Below, in pieces: positions 1 to 8,804 of a stretch of DNA of 32,000 nucleotides (positions are counted from its first letter, which is position 1; each line of letters begins with the position of its first letter). Below the pieces are notes generated by a model. The model ran no database searches, was not told the DNA's origin, and saw only the letters and a list, made by a program, of their open reading frames with translations. A program made the position numbers and the translations under genes. Origin of the DNA: Paracoccus suum. Lineage in GTDB: Bacteria; Pseudomonadota; Alphaproteobacteria; Rhodobacterales; Rhodobacteraceae. The DNA lies in NCBI RefSeq assembly GCF_003324675.1, contig NZ_CP030918.1:3150001-3182000 (forward strand), in the 5' to 3' direction.

Positions 1-206
1 GCCACGACCATCATCAGGCCCAGCATCGAGGCCAGCAGCGCGCCCATGTTCACCGACACGACCCGCTGCATCCTCGCGCGGAGCAGGGCATCATCGCCCC
101 GGCTTTCGGCCTTGGCAGCGCGGGCCGCAAAGATGCACCAGACAATACCGCCCAAGCCCGCCAGCGTCACTGCCGCGCCAATCCAGATCAGCAGCTCGAG
201 GTTCAT
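1..206 (-). CDS. small predicted membrane protein, C-terminal part cut off by the window edge
   Basis: ATG at 206..204 with AGGA about 7 nt upstream. The frame is open to base 1. Translation MNLELLIWIGAAVTLAGLGGIVWCIFAARAAKAESRGDDALLRARMQRVVSVNMGALLASMLGLMMVV.. has two hydrophobic segments and G/C-rich third codon positions. Absent from the ORF track because it is truncated. Confidence 0.45.
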   Translation of the reverse strand, partial: MNLELLIWIGAAVTLAGLGGIVWCIFAARAAKAESRGDDALLRARMQRVVSVNMGALLASMLGLMMVV

Positions 207-314
207 GGCATGTCCTTTGTGCAGGGCCCGCCGATCGCTTAGCCCATGATTGCGCGTCCGGGCAAGACCGCCTAGACCCCCGGCCTGTGGAAGCCGAACG
301 GACAGGACGGAACG

Positions 315-566
315 ATGAACGAGCCTCGCAATTATGATGTCGCCGCTGACGAGCTGCGCCAGTTCATCGAGCAGTACGAGCAACTCGAGTCCGAAAAGAA
401 GGATGTCACCGAGCAGCAAAAAGAGCTGATGTCCGAGGCGAAGGCTCGCGGCTATGACACCAAGGTCATGAAAAAGGTGATCGCCCTGCGCAAGCGCGAC
501 AAGGACGACATCGCCGAGGAAGAGGCGATCATGGACATGTACAAGGCCGCGCTGGGCATGGTCTGA
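315..566 (+). CDS. gapR: GapR-like nucleoid-associated protein (DUF2312/UPF0335 family)
   Basis: The 83-aa ORF aligns by eye with Caulobacter GapR: LRQFIEQYEQLESEKKDVTEQQKELMSEAKARGYDTKVMKKVIALRKRD...EEEAIMDMYKAALG. Size and coiled-coil character fit the family. Confidence 0.85.
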   Translation: MNEPRNYDVAADELRQFIEQYEQLESEKKDVTEQQKELMSEAKARGYDTKVMKKVIALRKRDKDDIAEEEAIMDMYKAALGMV

Positions 567-697
567 GGCTGGCGGCCGCCTGCCTCGCCTGAGCTGGCGT
601 GTTGTGACCTGAGGCGGTCGAGCGCGAGATCTGAAAAAGATGGTGTCCCGGCGTCGCCGAGATCCCGCTGAAACTGACGGTCTAGCTCGATAGCCGG

Positions 698-1594
698 TCA
701 GGGGCTGATGAACTCGACCCCCGGCAGGGCCGCAATCTCCGCCACGTCGGCGTCGTAGGCGGCGGTGATGCGGTCGATGATGGTCTGGTCCCAGCCTAGA
801 TTCTCGACCGTCAGGGCCACCGCCTCGGGGTCGTGATCCTCCATCAGCGCCGCAGTGGTCAGCGCGCGACGCCGGCCAATGTCGGCCGCGGCCAGCGGCG
901 CCAGTTTAGCCGCGAGGGCCTCGTAGCCCTTCTTGGTCAGCAGGGTTTCGAGCAGCGGATTGTCGTCGACCAGCGGCTCGCCCGCCGGCAGGCCGGCAAA
1001 GCGGCGCACCACCTCGGGGAAGATCAGCGGCATGTCCTCGTTACACCAGATGATCAGCCGGCGGCCGCCCAGCTCGGCCAACATGGCGCGCACAGTCGGC
1101 GCCCAGCGCAGCATCTCCGGCTTGATGCGCGCGCGCAATTCGGGCGGCACGCGGTTCATCCGGGCCAACAATTGCGAGACATGGGCGGCCGGATTCTTGA
1201 GGCCGAGGAAGAACTCGACCTCCGCCGAGGGCACAGTATGCGCCAGCATGCGCATCTTGCCCGGCATGATGCTGCCCAGCGTATCGCCGTCAAACACCCG
1301 CCGGGCCATGCCCACCAGGGTCGGCCGGCTGAGAAGCAGGCGCTGGGTACCCTCGTCCTCGATCAGGGCGTCGTGAAGGACTTCCTCGAGGTCGGGGGGT
1401 GCCACCCCGCCCTTCAGCGCGTTCAGAGCCTCGTTCAGGATCGGCTCGTTCACGTCGTTCGGGCACAGCTCGACATGCGCGCGGCGCAGCGCCTCGCGGT
1501 TGGCATTCAGCGTGCGGATAATCCGCTCGTCATCAGTGCCATGAAGGCCTACGTGGAACGCGATCTGCATCGGCGGGCTACCCTTGCTGGTCAT
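698..1594 (-). CDS. conserved hypothetical protein, no family recognised
   Basis: 298-aa ORF with GC3-rich codon usage, convergent with gapR. The likely true start is the internal ATG at 1570 (MQIAFHVGLHGTDDE...). No diagnostic motif recognised by eye. Confidence 0.65.
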   Translation of the reverse strand: MTSKGSPPMQIAFHVGLHGTDDERIIRTLNANREALRRAHVELCPNDVNEPILNEALNALKGGVAPPDLEEVLHDALIEDEGTQRLLLSRPTLVGMARRVFDGDTLGSIMPGKMRMLAHTVPSAEVEFFLGLKNPAAHVSQLLARMNRVPPELRARIKPEMLRWAPTVRAMLAELGGRRLIIWCNEDMPLIFPEVVRRFAGLPAGEPLVDDNPLLETLLTKKGYEALAAKLAPLAAADIGRRRALTTAALMEDHDPEAVALTVENLGWDQTIIDRITAAYDADVAEIAALPGVEFISP

Positions 1595-1653
1595 GGCGGC
1601 TGGACACTAGCGGCAGGGGGCCGCGGGCGAAACTGGAAATGCGGCTGGCACGC

Positions 1654-1681
1654 TTGCAGGCCTGCGCCGGCCGCGCTATCG
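1654..1681 (+). promoter_or_regulatory. candidate sigma70-type promoter for tRNA-Thr
   Basis: TTGCAG (1654..1659), 16 nt spacer, CTATCG (1676..1681), ending about 12 nt before the mature tRNA 5' end. Motif match only. Confidence 0.25.
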
Positions 1682-1693
1682 CATCACGGCCGG

Positions 1694-1768
<75 letters not shown>

Positions 1769-1800
1769 GCAATCCCCTCGCCCCTTTTTCGCAGTCTTCC

Positions 1801-2754
1801 TCAGCTGGGCGTCACCCCGCGCAGGCGCTCGGACCGACGGCGCAGCATCTCGACCGTGGTCAGCAGCGCGATCGAGAACAACACCAGCAGGGTCGCGGCG
1901 GCCAGGATCTGCGGGCTGATCTGCTCGCGGATGCCGTTCCACATCTGGCGCGGGATGGTCTGCTGGTCAGGGCCGGCGATGAAGAGCACGGCCACCACCT
2001 CGTCAAAGCTGGTGACAAAGGCGAAGAGCGCGCCAGAGATCACGCCGGGCAGGATCAGCGGCATGATGACCTTGAAGAACGTCGTGCGCGGGTTCGCCCC
2101 GAGGCTGGCCGCCGCCCGCGACAGCGATCGGTCGAAGCCGACCAGTGTTGCCGTCACGGTGATGATCACGAACGGAATACCCAGCGTCGCATGCGCCAGG
2201 ATCACGCCGAGATAGGTGCCTGCCAGCCGGCCGCACGGCGTGGGGTTCCCAGCGGTGGCGAAGATCGCGCAGGGGTTGGAGTAGAAAAAGAACACGCCGG
2301 TCGCGGTGATGATGATCGGCACGATCATCGGTGACAGCAAGATCGCCATGATCGGCCGGCGGAACGGCATCTCGGGCCGCGAGAGGCCGAGGGCCGCGAG
2401 GGTGCCCAGGATAGTCGCCACGATGGTCGCCGAAATGCCGATGATGAAGCTGTTCTTGGTCGCCCGCACCCATTTCGAATTGTGCCAGACATCCAGCCAC
2501 CAGTTGCTGTCGCGCGGATAGTCGGGCTGCGCCATACCGAAGGTCAGCAGGCTGTCATACCAGCGCATGCTGAACCCGTCGGGGTCCAGCGCCAGCATCT
2601 TTGGCGTGAAGGTAAAGAACGGCTCAGCGTTAAAGCTGAGGGGGATCACCACGATGATCGGGGCGATCAGAAAGATCAGGATCGCGGTGCAAAGCGCGAT
2701 GTAGAACCAGTGCCAGACACGTTCCAGCGGCGAGGCATAGGTCGGCAGCGCCAT
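1801..2754 (-). CDS. ABC transporter permease (PotC/PotI-like)
   Basis: 317 aa with multiple hydrophobic segments and an EAA-type loop (FDRSLSRAAASLGANPRTTFFKVIMPLILPG). The ATG lies 6 nt after the stop of the upstream permease. Confidence 0.9.
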   Translation of the reverse strand: MALPTYASPLERVWHWFYIALCTAILIFLIAPIIVVIPLSFNAEPFFTFTPKMLALDPDGFSMRWYDSLLTFGMAQPDYPRDSNWWLDVWHNSKWVRATKNSFIIGISATIVATILGTLAALGLSRPEMPFRRPIMAILLSPMIVPIIITATGVFFFYSNPCAIFATAGNPTPCGRLAGTYLGVILAHATLGIPFVIITVTATLVGFDRSLSRAAASLGANPRTTFFKVIMPLILPGVISGALFAFVTSFDEVVAVLFIAGPDQQTIPRQMWNGIREQISPQILAAATLLVLFSIALLTTVEMLRRRSERLRGVTPS

Positions 2755-2760
2755 GTCAGG

Positions 2761-4086
2761 TCACCCCAGCTTGAGATTGTCGATGCCGACCAGACGGTCG
2801 TAGACGTAATAGAGGATCAACACCCCGCCCAGCAGCAGGGCGGCCAGCGCCGCGGCCAGCGACCAGTTGAGCGTCTCGGTCATGTGCACGGCGATCATGT
2901 TCGAGATCAGCTGGCCCGAGCTGCCGCCGACCAGGGCCGGGGTGATGTAGTAGCCGACCGCGAGAATAAAGACGAGCAGCGCCCCTGCCCCTAGCCCGGG
3001 CAGCGTTTGCGGGAAATAGACCCGGCGAAAGGCGGTCCAAGAGGTTGCGCCAAGGCTGCGCGCTGCGCGCTCGTAGCTGGGATTGATCGAGCGCATGACC
3101 GAATACAGCGGCAGGATCATGAACGGCAGCAGAACATGGGTCATGGCGATCAGCGTGCCGGTGCGGTTGTAGATCATCTGCAGCCGGCTGCCGTTGTCCA
3201 GGAAACCCAGCCAGACCAGCAGGTCGTTGATGACGCCCTGCTGTTGCAGCAGCACGATCCAGGCAGTGGTGCGCACCAGCAGCGAGGTCCAGAACGGGAG
3301 CAGCACCAGAACCATCAGCAGGTTCGCCTTGCGTGTCGGCAGGGTCGCCAGCAGATGCGCGATGGGAAAGCCGAGGATGAAGGTCAGCCCGGTGATGACC
3401 AGCGAGAGGATGAAAGTGCGCAGGAACAGCATCAGGTAGACACGCTGCTGAGGCGCGACCTGCACCACCTTGCCGGCGTCGTTCTTGGTCCGGTCCATCG
3501 CGGCGAGGTAAAAATTCGGCGTCAGCGGGCGCGAGGCCTCGCGCATCACGGCCCATAGCGCGGGATCGGCCCATTTGGCGTTTACCTTGGGCAGCGTTTC
3601 AATGAACGGCGGCCTCAGGTCATCGACCTTGCGTCCAGTCGAGGTGAACAGCGAGCGCGTGCCGGGGTAGTCGTAGTTGATCCGGGTGCCAACGACGCCG
3701 ATGGACTTGTCGGCGGCGCTTTTCGCAAGGTCGGACACAAGGGCGGCATAGGCGGCCTCGTCCGGCGGGGTGCCAACGGGATGCGCTGCGAACCACTCGC
3801 CGACCGCAGGCATGCGAGCCGAGAAACCATCGTTATAGACCGAGCGGGCGAGCATCTGGCCGATCGGCACGACAAATGTGATGACGATGAACAGCAATAG
3901 GGGCAGCACCAGCAGGAACGCCCGTCGCCGCGCCGCGCGCTGCGAGCGTCCTAGCGCCCGCGAAATGGACCGCCCGTCAGCCGCGTTCAGCTGCCCGTCC
4001 GGCGCGACGCCGCCCGCATCGATGACGATGGCGGCATGGGGATCGGGCAAGGTGTTGGCCATGGGTGCGGTCCAGCTTTCGGTCAA
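2761..4086 (-). CDS. ABC transporter permease (PotB/PotH-like) with a large hydrophilic loop after TM1
   Basis: 441-aa ORF with EAA-type loop SYERAARSLGATSWTAFRRVYFPQTLPG. Start uncertain: TTG at 4086 or ATG at 4062, neither with a clear SD. Confidence 0.85.
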   Translation of the reverse strand: MTESWTAPMANTLPDPHAAIVIDAGGVAPDGQLNAADGRSISRALGRSQRAARRRAFLLVLPLLLFIVITFVVPIGQMLARSVYNDGFSARMPAVGEWFAAHPVGTPPDEAAYAALVSDLAKSAADKSIGVVGTRINYDYPGTRSLFTSTGRKVDDLRPPFIETLPKVNAKWADPALWAVMREASRPLTPNFYLAAMDRTKNDAGKVVQVAPQQRVYLMLFLRTFILSLVITGLTFILGFPIAHLLATLPTRKANLLMVLVLLPFWTSLLVRTTAWIVLLQQQGVINDLLVWLGFLDNGSRLQMIYNRTGTLIAMTHVLLPFMILPLYSVMRSINPSYERAARSLGATSWTAFRRVYFPQTLPGLGAGALLVFILAVGYYITPALVGGSSGQLISNMIAVHMTETLNWSLAAALAALLLGGVLILYYVYDRLVGIDNLKLG

Positions 4087-4104
4087 GGATCGTTCGTCAG
4101 GGGA

Positions 4105-4134
4105 CCGGCCGCGACCCCGCGGGGCCGCGGCCGG
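4105..4134 (-). other. 30-nt GC-rich near-perfect palindrome (intercistronic stem-loop) between the last binding-protein gene and the first permease gene
   Basis: CCGGCCGCG-A-CCCCGCGGGG-C-CGCGGCCGG; only the A/C pair breaks the symmetry. It lies in the 60-nt gap between the stop at 4147 and the start at 4086. No U-tract follows on either strand. Confidence 0.4.
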
Positions 4135-4146
4135 CAGTGCGTCAGC

Positions 4147-5238
4147 TCAGCCCGCTAGCCAAGCGTTGAAACGCTCGGTCAGTTCGGCATCGTGGTCGGC
4201 CCAGAACTCGGGGTCGTCGAACACAGCCGTCTCGAGGTGCTCGGGCGCAGTCGGCATATGCGGCGCCATATCAGTCACACCGTCACTGTATTTGCCGATC
4301 AGCGGGGCCGAGGATTTGCGTGCGGGACCGTAGCTGATCCACTTGGCCTGATTGGCCAGCTGCTCGGTCGCGGTCGCGAACTTGACGTATTCCATCGCCA
4401 GTTCGGGGTTCGGCGCGTCCTTGGGAATCACGAACATGTTCATGTCCATGTACTGGCCGTCCCAGATCACTTCGAACGGCTTTTTCTCGGCGACCATGGC
4501 GTCGAAAACGCGCCCGTTATAGGCGGTGGTCATCGACACTTCGCCATCCGCCAGCAGCTGCATGGGCTGGGCGCCTGCCTCCCACCACACGACATCCTTC
4601 TTGATGGTATCAAGCTTCTTGAACGCCTGGTCGACGCCCTCGGGGGTGTCCAGCGTCTCGAAGATCTTGTCGGCGGGCACGCCGTCGGCAATCAGCGCCA
4701 GATAGAGGGTGCGCTTGGGGTTCTTGGGCAGGCCGCGCTTGCCGGGGAACTTTTCAGTGTCAAAGAAATCCGCGGCCTTGGTCGGCGGGTTCTCGGGGAA
4801 CTTGGTCTTGTCATAGGCAATGACCGTGCCCCAGAGGATGTTCGGCACCGCGCAGTCGTGCAGCGTGTCTGGCAGGAAGTCATCACGGGCCGGGGTCCCG
4901 TCCGGCGCAGGCGGCAGGTCATCGGGATTGATTTCGACCAGCGCGCCCTCGTCGCAAAGGCGAATGGCGGGCGCGACCTCGATGTCGAACACGTCGCTGC
5001 TGACGTTCTTTGCCCGCACCTGGGCAGTCAGCGGCGTTTGCGGATCGTCCGAGTCGATCATGTTGACGACGATGCCGGTCTTTTCCGTGAACGGCTTGTT
5101 GTAGGCCTCGACCTCGGACTTGGAATAGGCGCCACACCAGGATTCGACGTTGATCGACTTGGCCTGCTGGGCAAAGGCCGATCCGGCGGTGCAGCCGATC
5201 AGGGTGGTGATGAAGAGCAGCTTTTTCATGCGTTTCAT
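4147..5238 (-). CDS. periplasmic substrate-binding protein, PotD/PotF-like, paralogue 3
   Basis: ORF 4147..5325 trimmed to the ATG at 5238 (MKRMKKLLFITTLIGCTAGSAFAQ, a Sec signal peptide; the ATG at 5229 is also possible). Shares long blocks with the two upstream paralogues and ends in ELTERFNAWLAG. Confidence 0.85.
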   Translation of the reverse strand: MKRMKKLLFITTLIGCTAGSAFAQQAKSINVESWCGAYSKSEVEAYNKPFTEKTGIVVNMIDSDDPQTPLTAQVRAKNVSSDVFDIEVAPAIRLCDEGALVEINPDDLPPAPDGTPARDDFLPDTLHDCAVPNILWGTVIAYDKTKFPENPPTKAADFFDTEKFPGKRGLPKNPKRTLYLALIADGVPADKIFETLDTPEGVDQAFKKLDTIKKDVVWWEAGAQPMQLLADGEVSMTTAYNGRVFDAMVAEKKPFEVIWDGQYMDMNMFVIPKDAPNPELAMEYVKFATATEQLANQAKWISYGPARKSSAPLIGKYSDGVTDMAPHMPTAPEHLETAVFDDPEFWADHDAELTERFNAWLAG

Positions 5239-5328
5239 TCCCGTTGGGTGAGAGATGCGCCGGTCCCGTCTTGGCGCGGGGTTTCCGGTGTCGTCAGGCC
5301 ATGCGCGACCGCACGGGGCGGGCACGCT

Positions 5329-6423
5329 CTAGCCGGCGAGCCAGGCGTTGAACCGCTCGGTCAGCTCGCCGTCGTGGTCGGCCCAGAACTCGGCGTCGTT
5401 GACCAGAGCACTGGCCGAATTGGCCGGGGTGGTCGGCAGGTAGGGGGCCATCTCGGTCTTACCGTCCTTGTACATGCCGATGTTCTCGGCCGCAGATTTG
5501 CGCGGCGGGCCATAGGCGATGTATTTTGACAGGTCCGGCTGGCGCGCGGGGTCCGAGGCATAGGCAATGAATTGCATCGCCGCGTCCTTGTTCGGCGCAC
5601 CCTTGGGCACCACCCAGTAGTCCATGTCGAGGTTCACGCCGTCCCAGATAAAGCCGAACGGCTTTCCCTCCTCCATGATGGCGTCGAAAATGCGGCCGTT
5701 ATAGGCCAGCGTGATCGTCACCTCCTTGTCCGCCAGCAGCTGCGGCGCCTGGGCGCCGGCCTCCCACCAGACGACATCCTTCTTGATGCTATCGAGTTTC
5801 TTGAACGCCCGATCGACGCCCTCCGGGGTCGCCAGCGTCTCGTAGACCTGGTCGGCGGGCACGCCGTCGCCGAGCAGGGCCAGTTCCAGCGAATACTTGG
5901 GACGCTTGATGAGGCCGCGCTTGCCGGGGAACTTCGCGGTGTCAAAGAAATCCGCCACGGTCTTGGGCTCACCGTTCGGGAAGGCGCTGGTGTCGTAGGC
6001 GATGACAGACGACCAGACCATGATCGCCGTGCCGCATTCGGTCAGCGCATCGGGCAGGTAATCGTCAGCCGCCGGGGTGCCATCGGCCGTGGGCTTGAGG
6101 ATCGCTGGATCGATCGGCTCGACCAGCCCCTCGTCGCACAGACGCAGCACGTCGGAATGCTCAACCTCGAACACGTCGCCGGAGACGTTCTTTGCCTCGA
6201 CTTCGGCCTTCAGCTTGGCAGGTGGATCGGCATCATCGATCATCTGGACGGTGATGCCGCTATCCGCCTGGAATGGCTTGACATAGGCCTCGGCCACGGC
6301 CGCGGCGAAGGCGCCGCCATAGGTCGTCACGTTCAGCGTGCCCGCCGCCATGGCCGGCGCGGCCGCGGCAGCCATGAGCGCCGCAAGGCCAAGTGCGCCG
6401 GGCCCGATCTTTCGTTTATTCAT
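5329..6423 (-). CDS. periplasmic substrate-binding protein, PotD/PotF-like, paralogue 2
   Basis: 364 aa with signal peptide MNKRKIGPGALGLAALMAAAAAPAMAAG and GGAGGA SD before the ATG. Conserved blocks FPGKRG, TPEGV, AFKKLDSIKKDVVWWEAGAQ, YNGRIFDA. C-terminus ELTERFNAWLAG. Confidence 0.9.
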   Translation of the reverse strand: MNKRKIGPGALGLAALMAAAAAPAMAAGTLNVTTYGGAFAAAVAEAYVKPFQADSGITVQMIDDADPPAKLKAEVEAKNVSGDVFEVEHSDVLRLCDEGLVEPIDPAILKPTADGTPAADDYLPDALTECGTAIMVWSSVIAYDTSAFPNGEPKTVADFFDTAKFPGKRGLIKRPKYSLELALLGDGVPADQVYETLATPEGVDRAFKKLDSIKKDVVWWEAGAQAPQLLADKEVTITLAYNGRIFDAIMEEGKPFGFIWDGVNLDMDYWVVPKGAPNKDAAMQFIAYASDPARQPDLSKYIAYGPPRKSAAENIGMYKDGKTEMAPYLPTTPANSASALVNDAEFWADHDGELTERFNAWLAG

Positions 6424-6474
6424 CCGCGTATCCTCCCCAGTTTTGCGGGTCGCCTTTTTCTGGCGGGTCGTCGT

Positions 6475-6499
6475 GGGGGCGCAGGCGCGCCGCGCCCCC
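6475..6499 (-). other. GC-rich intercistronic hairpin between binding-protein genes 1 and 2
   Basis: GGGGGCGC (6475..6482) and GCGCCCCC (6492..6499) flank a 9-nt loop that itself contains the palindrome GGCGCGCC. No U-tract. Confidence 0.35.
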
Positions 6500-6517
6500 G
6501 AAAGAAAGGCAGCGCGA

Positions 6518-7597
6518 TCAGCCGGCCAGCCAGCTGTTGAAACGCTCGGTCAGCTCGCCATCATGATCGACCCAGAAGTCCAGGTTCGAGGCCATGCCCT
6601 TGGCGAGGTTCTCGGGCGAGGTCGGCAGGTGCGGCCCCATCGGGACGTCCTTGCCGGCGACATTTCCGACCAGCGCCGAGGCCGATTTACGCGGCGGGCC
6701 ATAGCTGATCTGCTCGGCGGCCTTGGCGAGTTGCGCGGGTTCGGTGCTGAACGCGATGTAGTCCAGGGCCGCCTGCTTGTTCGGCGCGCCCTTGGGCATC
6801 ACCCAGCCTTCCATCTCGTAGATCTGGCCGTCCCAGATGATCTCGAACGGCTTGTTCTGCTGCATGGCGGCATCGAAGATCCGTCCGTTGAAGGCATAGG
6901 CCATCGTCACCTCGCCATCGGCGAGCAGCTGCGGCGGCTGGGCGCCTGCCTCCCACCAGATGACGTCCTTCTTGATGGTATCGAGCTTCTTGAACGCGCG
7001 CTCGACGCCTTCAGGCGTGTCCAGCATCTGGTAAACCTCGGCCGCAGGTACGCCATCAGCCAGCAGGGCCAGTTCGAGGTTGAACTTGGGGCCCTTGCGC
7101 ATGGTGCGCTTGCCCGGGAATTTCGCCAGGTCGAAGAAATCGGCGGGACCCGCGGGCTTGGCATCCGGAAACTTGGAATCGTCGAAGGCCAAGATCATCG
7201 AATAGACGTCGGTCGCGACGAAGCATTCGGTCAGCGCGCCCTCGATGAAGTCGTCCTTGGCGGCGACGCCGTCGGCGGCGGTCAGGATCGCGGGGTCGAT
7301 CGTCTCCAGCGCGCCCTCGTCGCACAGACGCACCGCGTCGGCATATTCGACAGAGGCGACATCGGCGGTCACGTTCCCGGCCTCGACCATGGCCTTGATC
7401 GGGGTCGCCGGGTTGTCGGCATCAGCCACCGAGACGGTGATCCCGGTCTTTTCGGTAAAGGGCTGGTTGTAGGCGATCTTGTGCGATTCGCCGTAGGCCC
7501 CGCCCCAATCGAGGACGTTCAAGGTCTTGCCCTGGGCCGAGGCCCCGCCGGCGGCGAGGGCGGTCAGGATAGTCGTCGCAAGCAGGGTTTTAAGCAT
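6518..7597 (-). CDS. periplasmic substrate-binding protein, PotD/PotF-like, paralogue 1
   Basis: 359 aa with signal peptide MLKTLLATTILTALAAGGASAQG and GGAGA SD 7 nt before the ATG. Same conserved blocks as the other paralogues. C-terminus ELTERFNSWLAG. Confidence 0.9.
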   Translation of the reverse strand: MLKTLLATTILTALAAGGASAQGKTLNVLDWGGAYGESHKIAYNQPFTEKTGITVSVADADNPATPIKAMVEAGNVTADVASVEYADAVRLCDEGALETIDPAILTAADGVAAKDDFIEGALTECFVATDVYSMILAFDDSKFPDAKPAGPADFFDLAKFPGKRTMRKGPKFNLELALLADGVPAAEVYQMLDTPEGVERAFKKLDTIKKDVIWWEAGAQPPQLLADGEVTMAYAFNGRIFDAAMQQNKPFEIIWDGQIYEMEGWVMPKGAPNKQAALDYIAFSTEPAQLAKAAEQISYGPPRKSASALVGNVAGKDVPMGPHLPTSPENLAKGMASNLDFWVDHDGELTERFNSWLAG

Positions 7598-7654
7598 TGG
7601 CAGTCTCCTGTGGAAGGGAACAACGTAACGGGGACGCGGCCTGCAGGCCGACGC

Positions 7655-8758
7655 CTAGACGGGATCCAGCGCGCGCGCGTCCTGCTTGTGCCAGCCGATG
7701 CGCAGCTTCTGACCGGGGGTCAGGCGCACCTGGTCCATGGTGTTGCGGCATTTCATCACGAAGTTATCGCTGCCGGCGACCCGCATCCGGGTGCGCAGGA
7801 TATCCCCCATGTAGATCACCTCCAGCACCTCGGCCTCGATGGTGTGGCCGCCGGGCGCCATCAACTCGCCCTTGAACTCGACCCGCTCGGGCCGGACCGA
7901 GACGTTGGTGCGCTGACCCGCCTCGCGAACGTTGACGGCGGTTGCGTCGATCACCGAGCCGTCGGCAAGCCGCACCACCGCTGCCTCGCCGTCCAGCCGC
8001 TCGAGCGTGCCGGGCAGGACGTTGTTCTCGCCGATGAAACCGGCGACGAAGCTGTTCTCCGGCCGCTCGTAGAGGGCCGAGGGGGGCGCCAACTGCTGGA
8101 TGCGACCGTCGTTGAACACTGCGATCCGGTCGGACATGGTCAGCGCCTCGCCCTGGTCATGCGTCACATAGACCACGGTGATCCCAAGCCGTTCGTGCAG
8201 GTGCTTGATCTCGAACTGCATATGCTCGCGCAGCTGCTTGTCGAGGGCACCCAGCGGCTCGTCCATCAGGACCAGCTTGGGGTCAAAGACCAGCGCCCGG
8301 GCCAAAGCGATACGCTGCTGCTGGCCGCCGGACAGTTGCGACGGGCGACGGTTCGCGAACTTGCCCATCTGGACCATATCGAGGGCGCGAATGATGCGCT
8401 GCTCGCGGTCCGCCTTGCTCATGCCGCGCACTTCCAGCGGGAAGGCGAGGTTCTCGCCAACCGTCATGTGCGGGAACAGGGCATAGCTCTGGAACACCAT
8501 GCCGATGCCGCGCTTGTGGGGCGGCACCTGATTGATCGGCCGGCCATCGAGCCGGATCTCGCCCTGGGTCGCTGTCTCGAACCCCGCCAACATCATCAGG
8601 CAGGTGGTCTTTCCCGAACCCGACGGCCCCAGCATCGTCAGGAACTCACCCTTGGCGATGTCGAGGTTCAGGTCTTTGACGACGAGCGTCTGACCATCAT
8701 AGCTTTTCTGGACATGGTCGAAAACGACAAAGCCGCGTTCCCTGGTCGGGTCTGTCAA
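7655..8758 (-). CDS. ABC transporter ATP-binding protein (PotA/FbpC-like)
   Basis: Walker A GPSGSGKTT, signature LSGGQQQR, Walker B LVLMDEPLGALD, H-loop VTHDQ, plus a C-terminal regulatory (TOBE-like) domain. TTG start with GGGAGAG about 7 nt upstream. Confidence 0.9.
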   Translation of the reverse strand: MTDPTRERGFVVFDHVQKSYDGQTLVVKDLNLDIAKGEFLTMLGPSGSGKTTCLMMLAGFETATQGEIRLDGRPINQVPPHKRGIGMVFQSYALFPHMTVGENLAFPLEVRGMSKADREQRIIRALDMVQMGKFANRRPSQLSGGQQQRIALARALVFDPKLVLMDEPLGALDKQLREHMQFEIKHLHERLGITVVYVTHDQGEALTMSDRIAVFNDGRIQQLAPPSALYERPENSFVAGFIGENNVLPGTLERLDGEAAVVRLADGSVIDATAVNVREAGQRTNVSVRPERVEFKGELMAPGGHTIEAEVLEVIYMGDILRTRMRVAGSDNFVMKCRNTMDQVRLTPGQKLRIGWHKQDARALDPV

Positions 8759-8804
8759 CAGGTTCTCTCCCGGTCGTGGTCGTTTCTGTTTGCTTGTTGA
8801 CCTT

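Noticed and set aside
565-586. Inverted repeat GAGGC-T-GGCGG/CCGCC-T-GCCTC starting within the gapR stop codon, considered as an intrinsic terminator.
   Set aside because: No U-tract follows on either strand and there is almost no loop. It may still act as a convergent-gene transcript end, but that cannot be supported from sequence alone.
6338-8800. Very long + strand ORFs antisense to the annotated genes. Examples are 6338..8800 (820 aa), 18069..20495 (808 aa), 11785..13644, 15061..16653, 25379..27109, 4192..5529 and 9885..11102.
   Set aside because: These are typical high-GC shadow frames. Their translations are Arg/Gly/Ala/Pro/His-rich with no recognisable motifs. Each lies opposite a gene with strong family signatures and GC3-biased codons, and none has a credible SD or start context.
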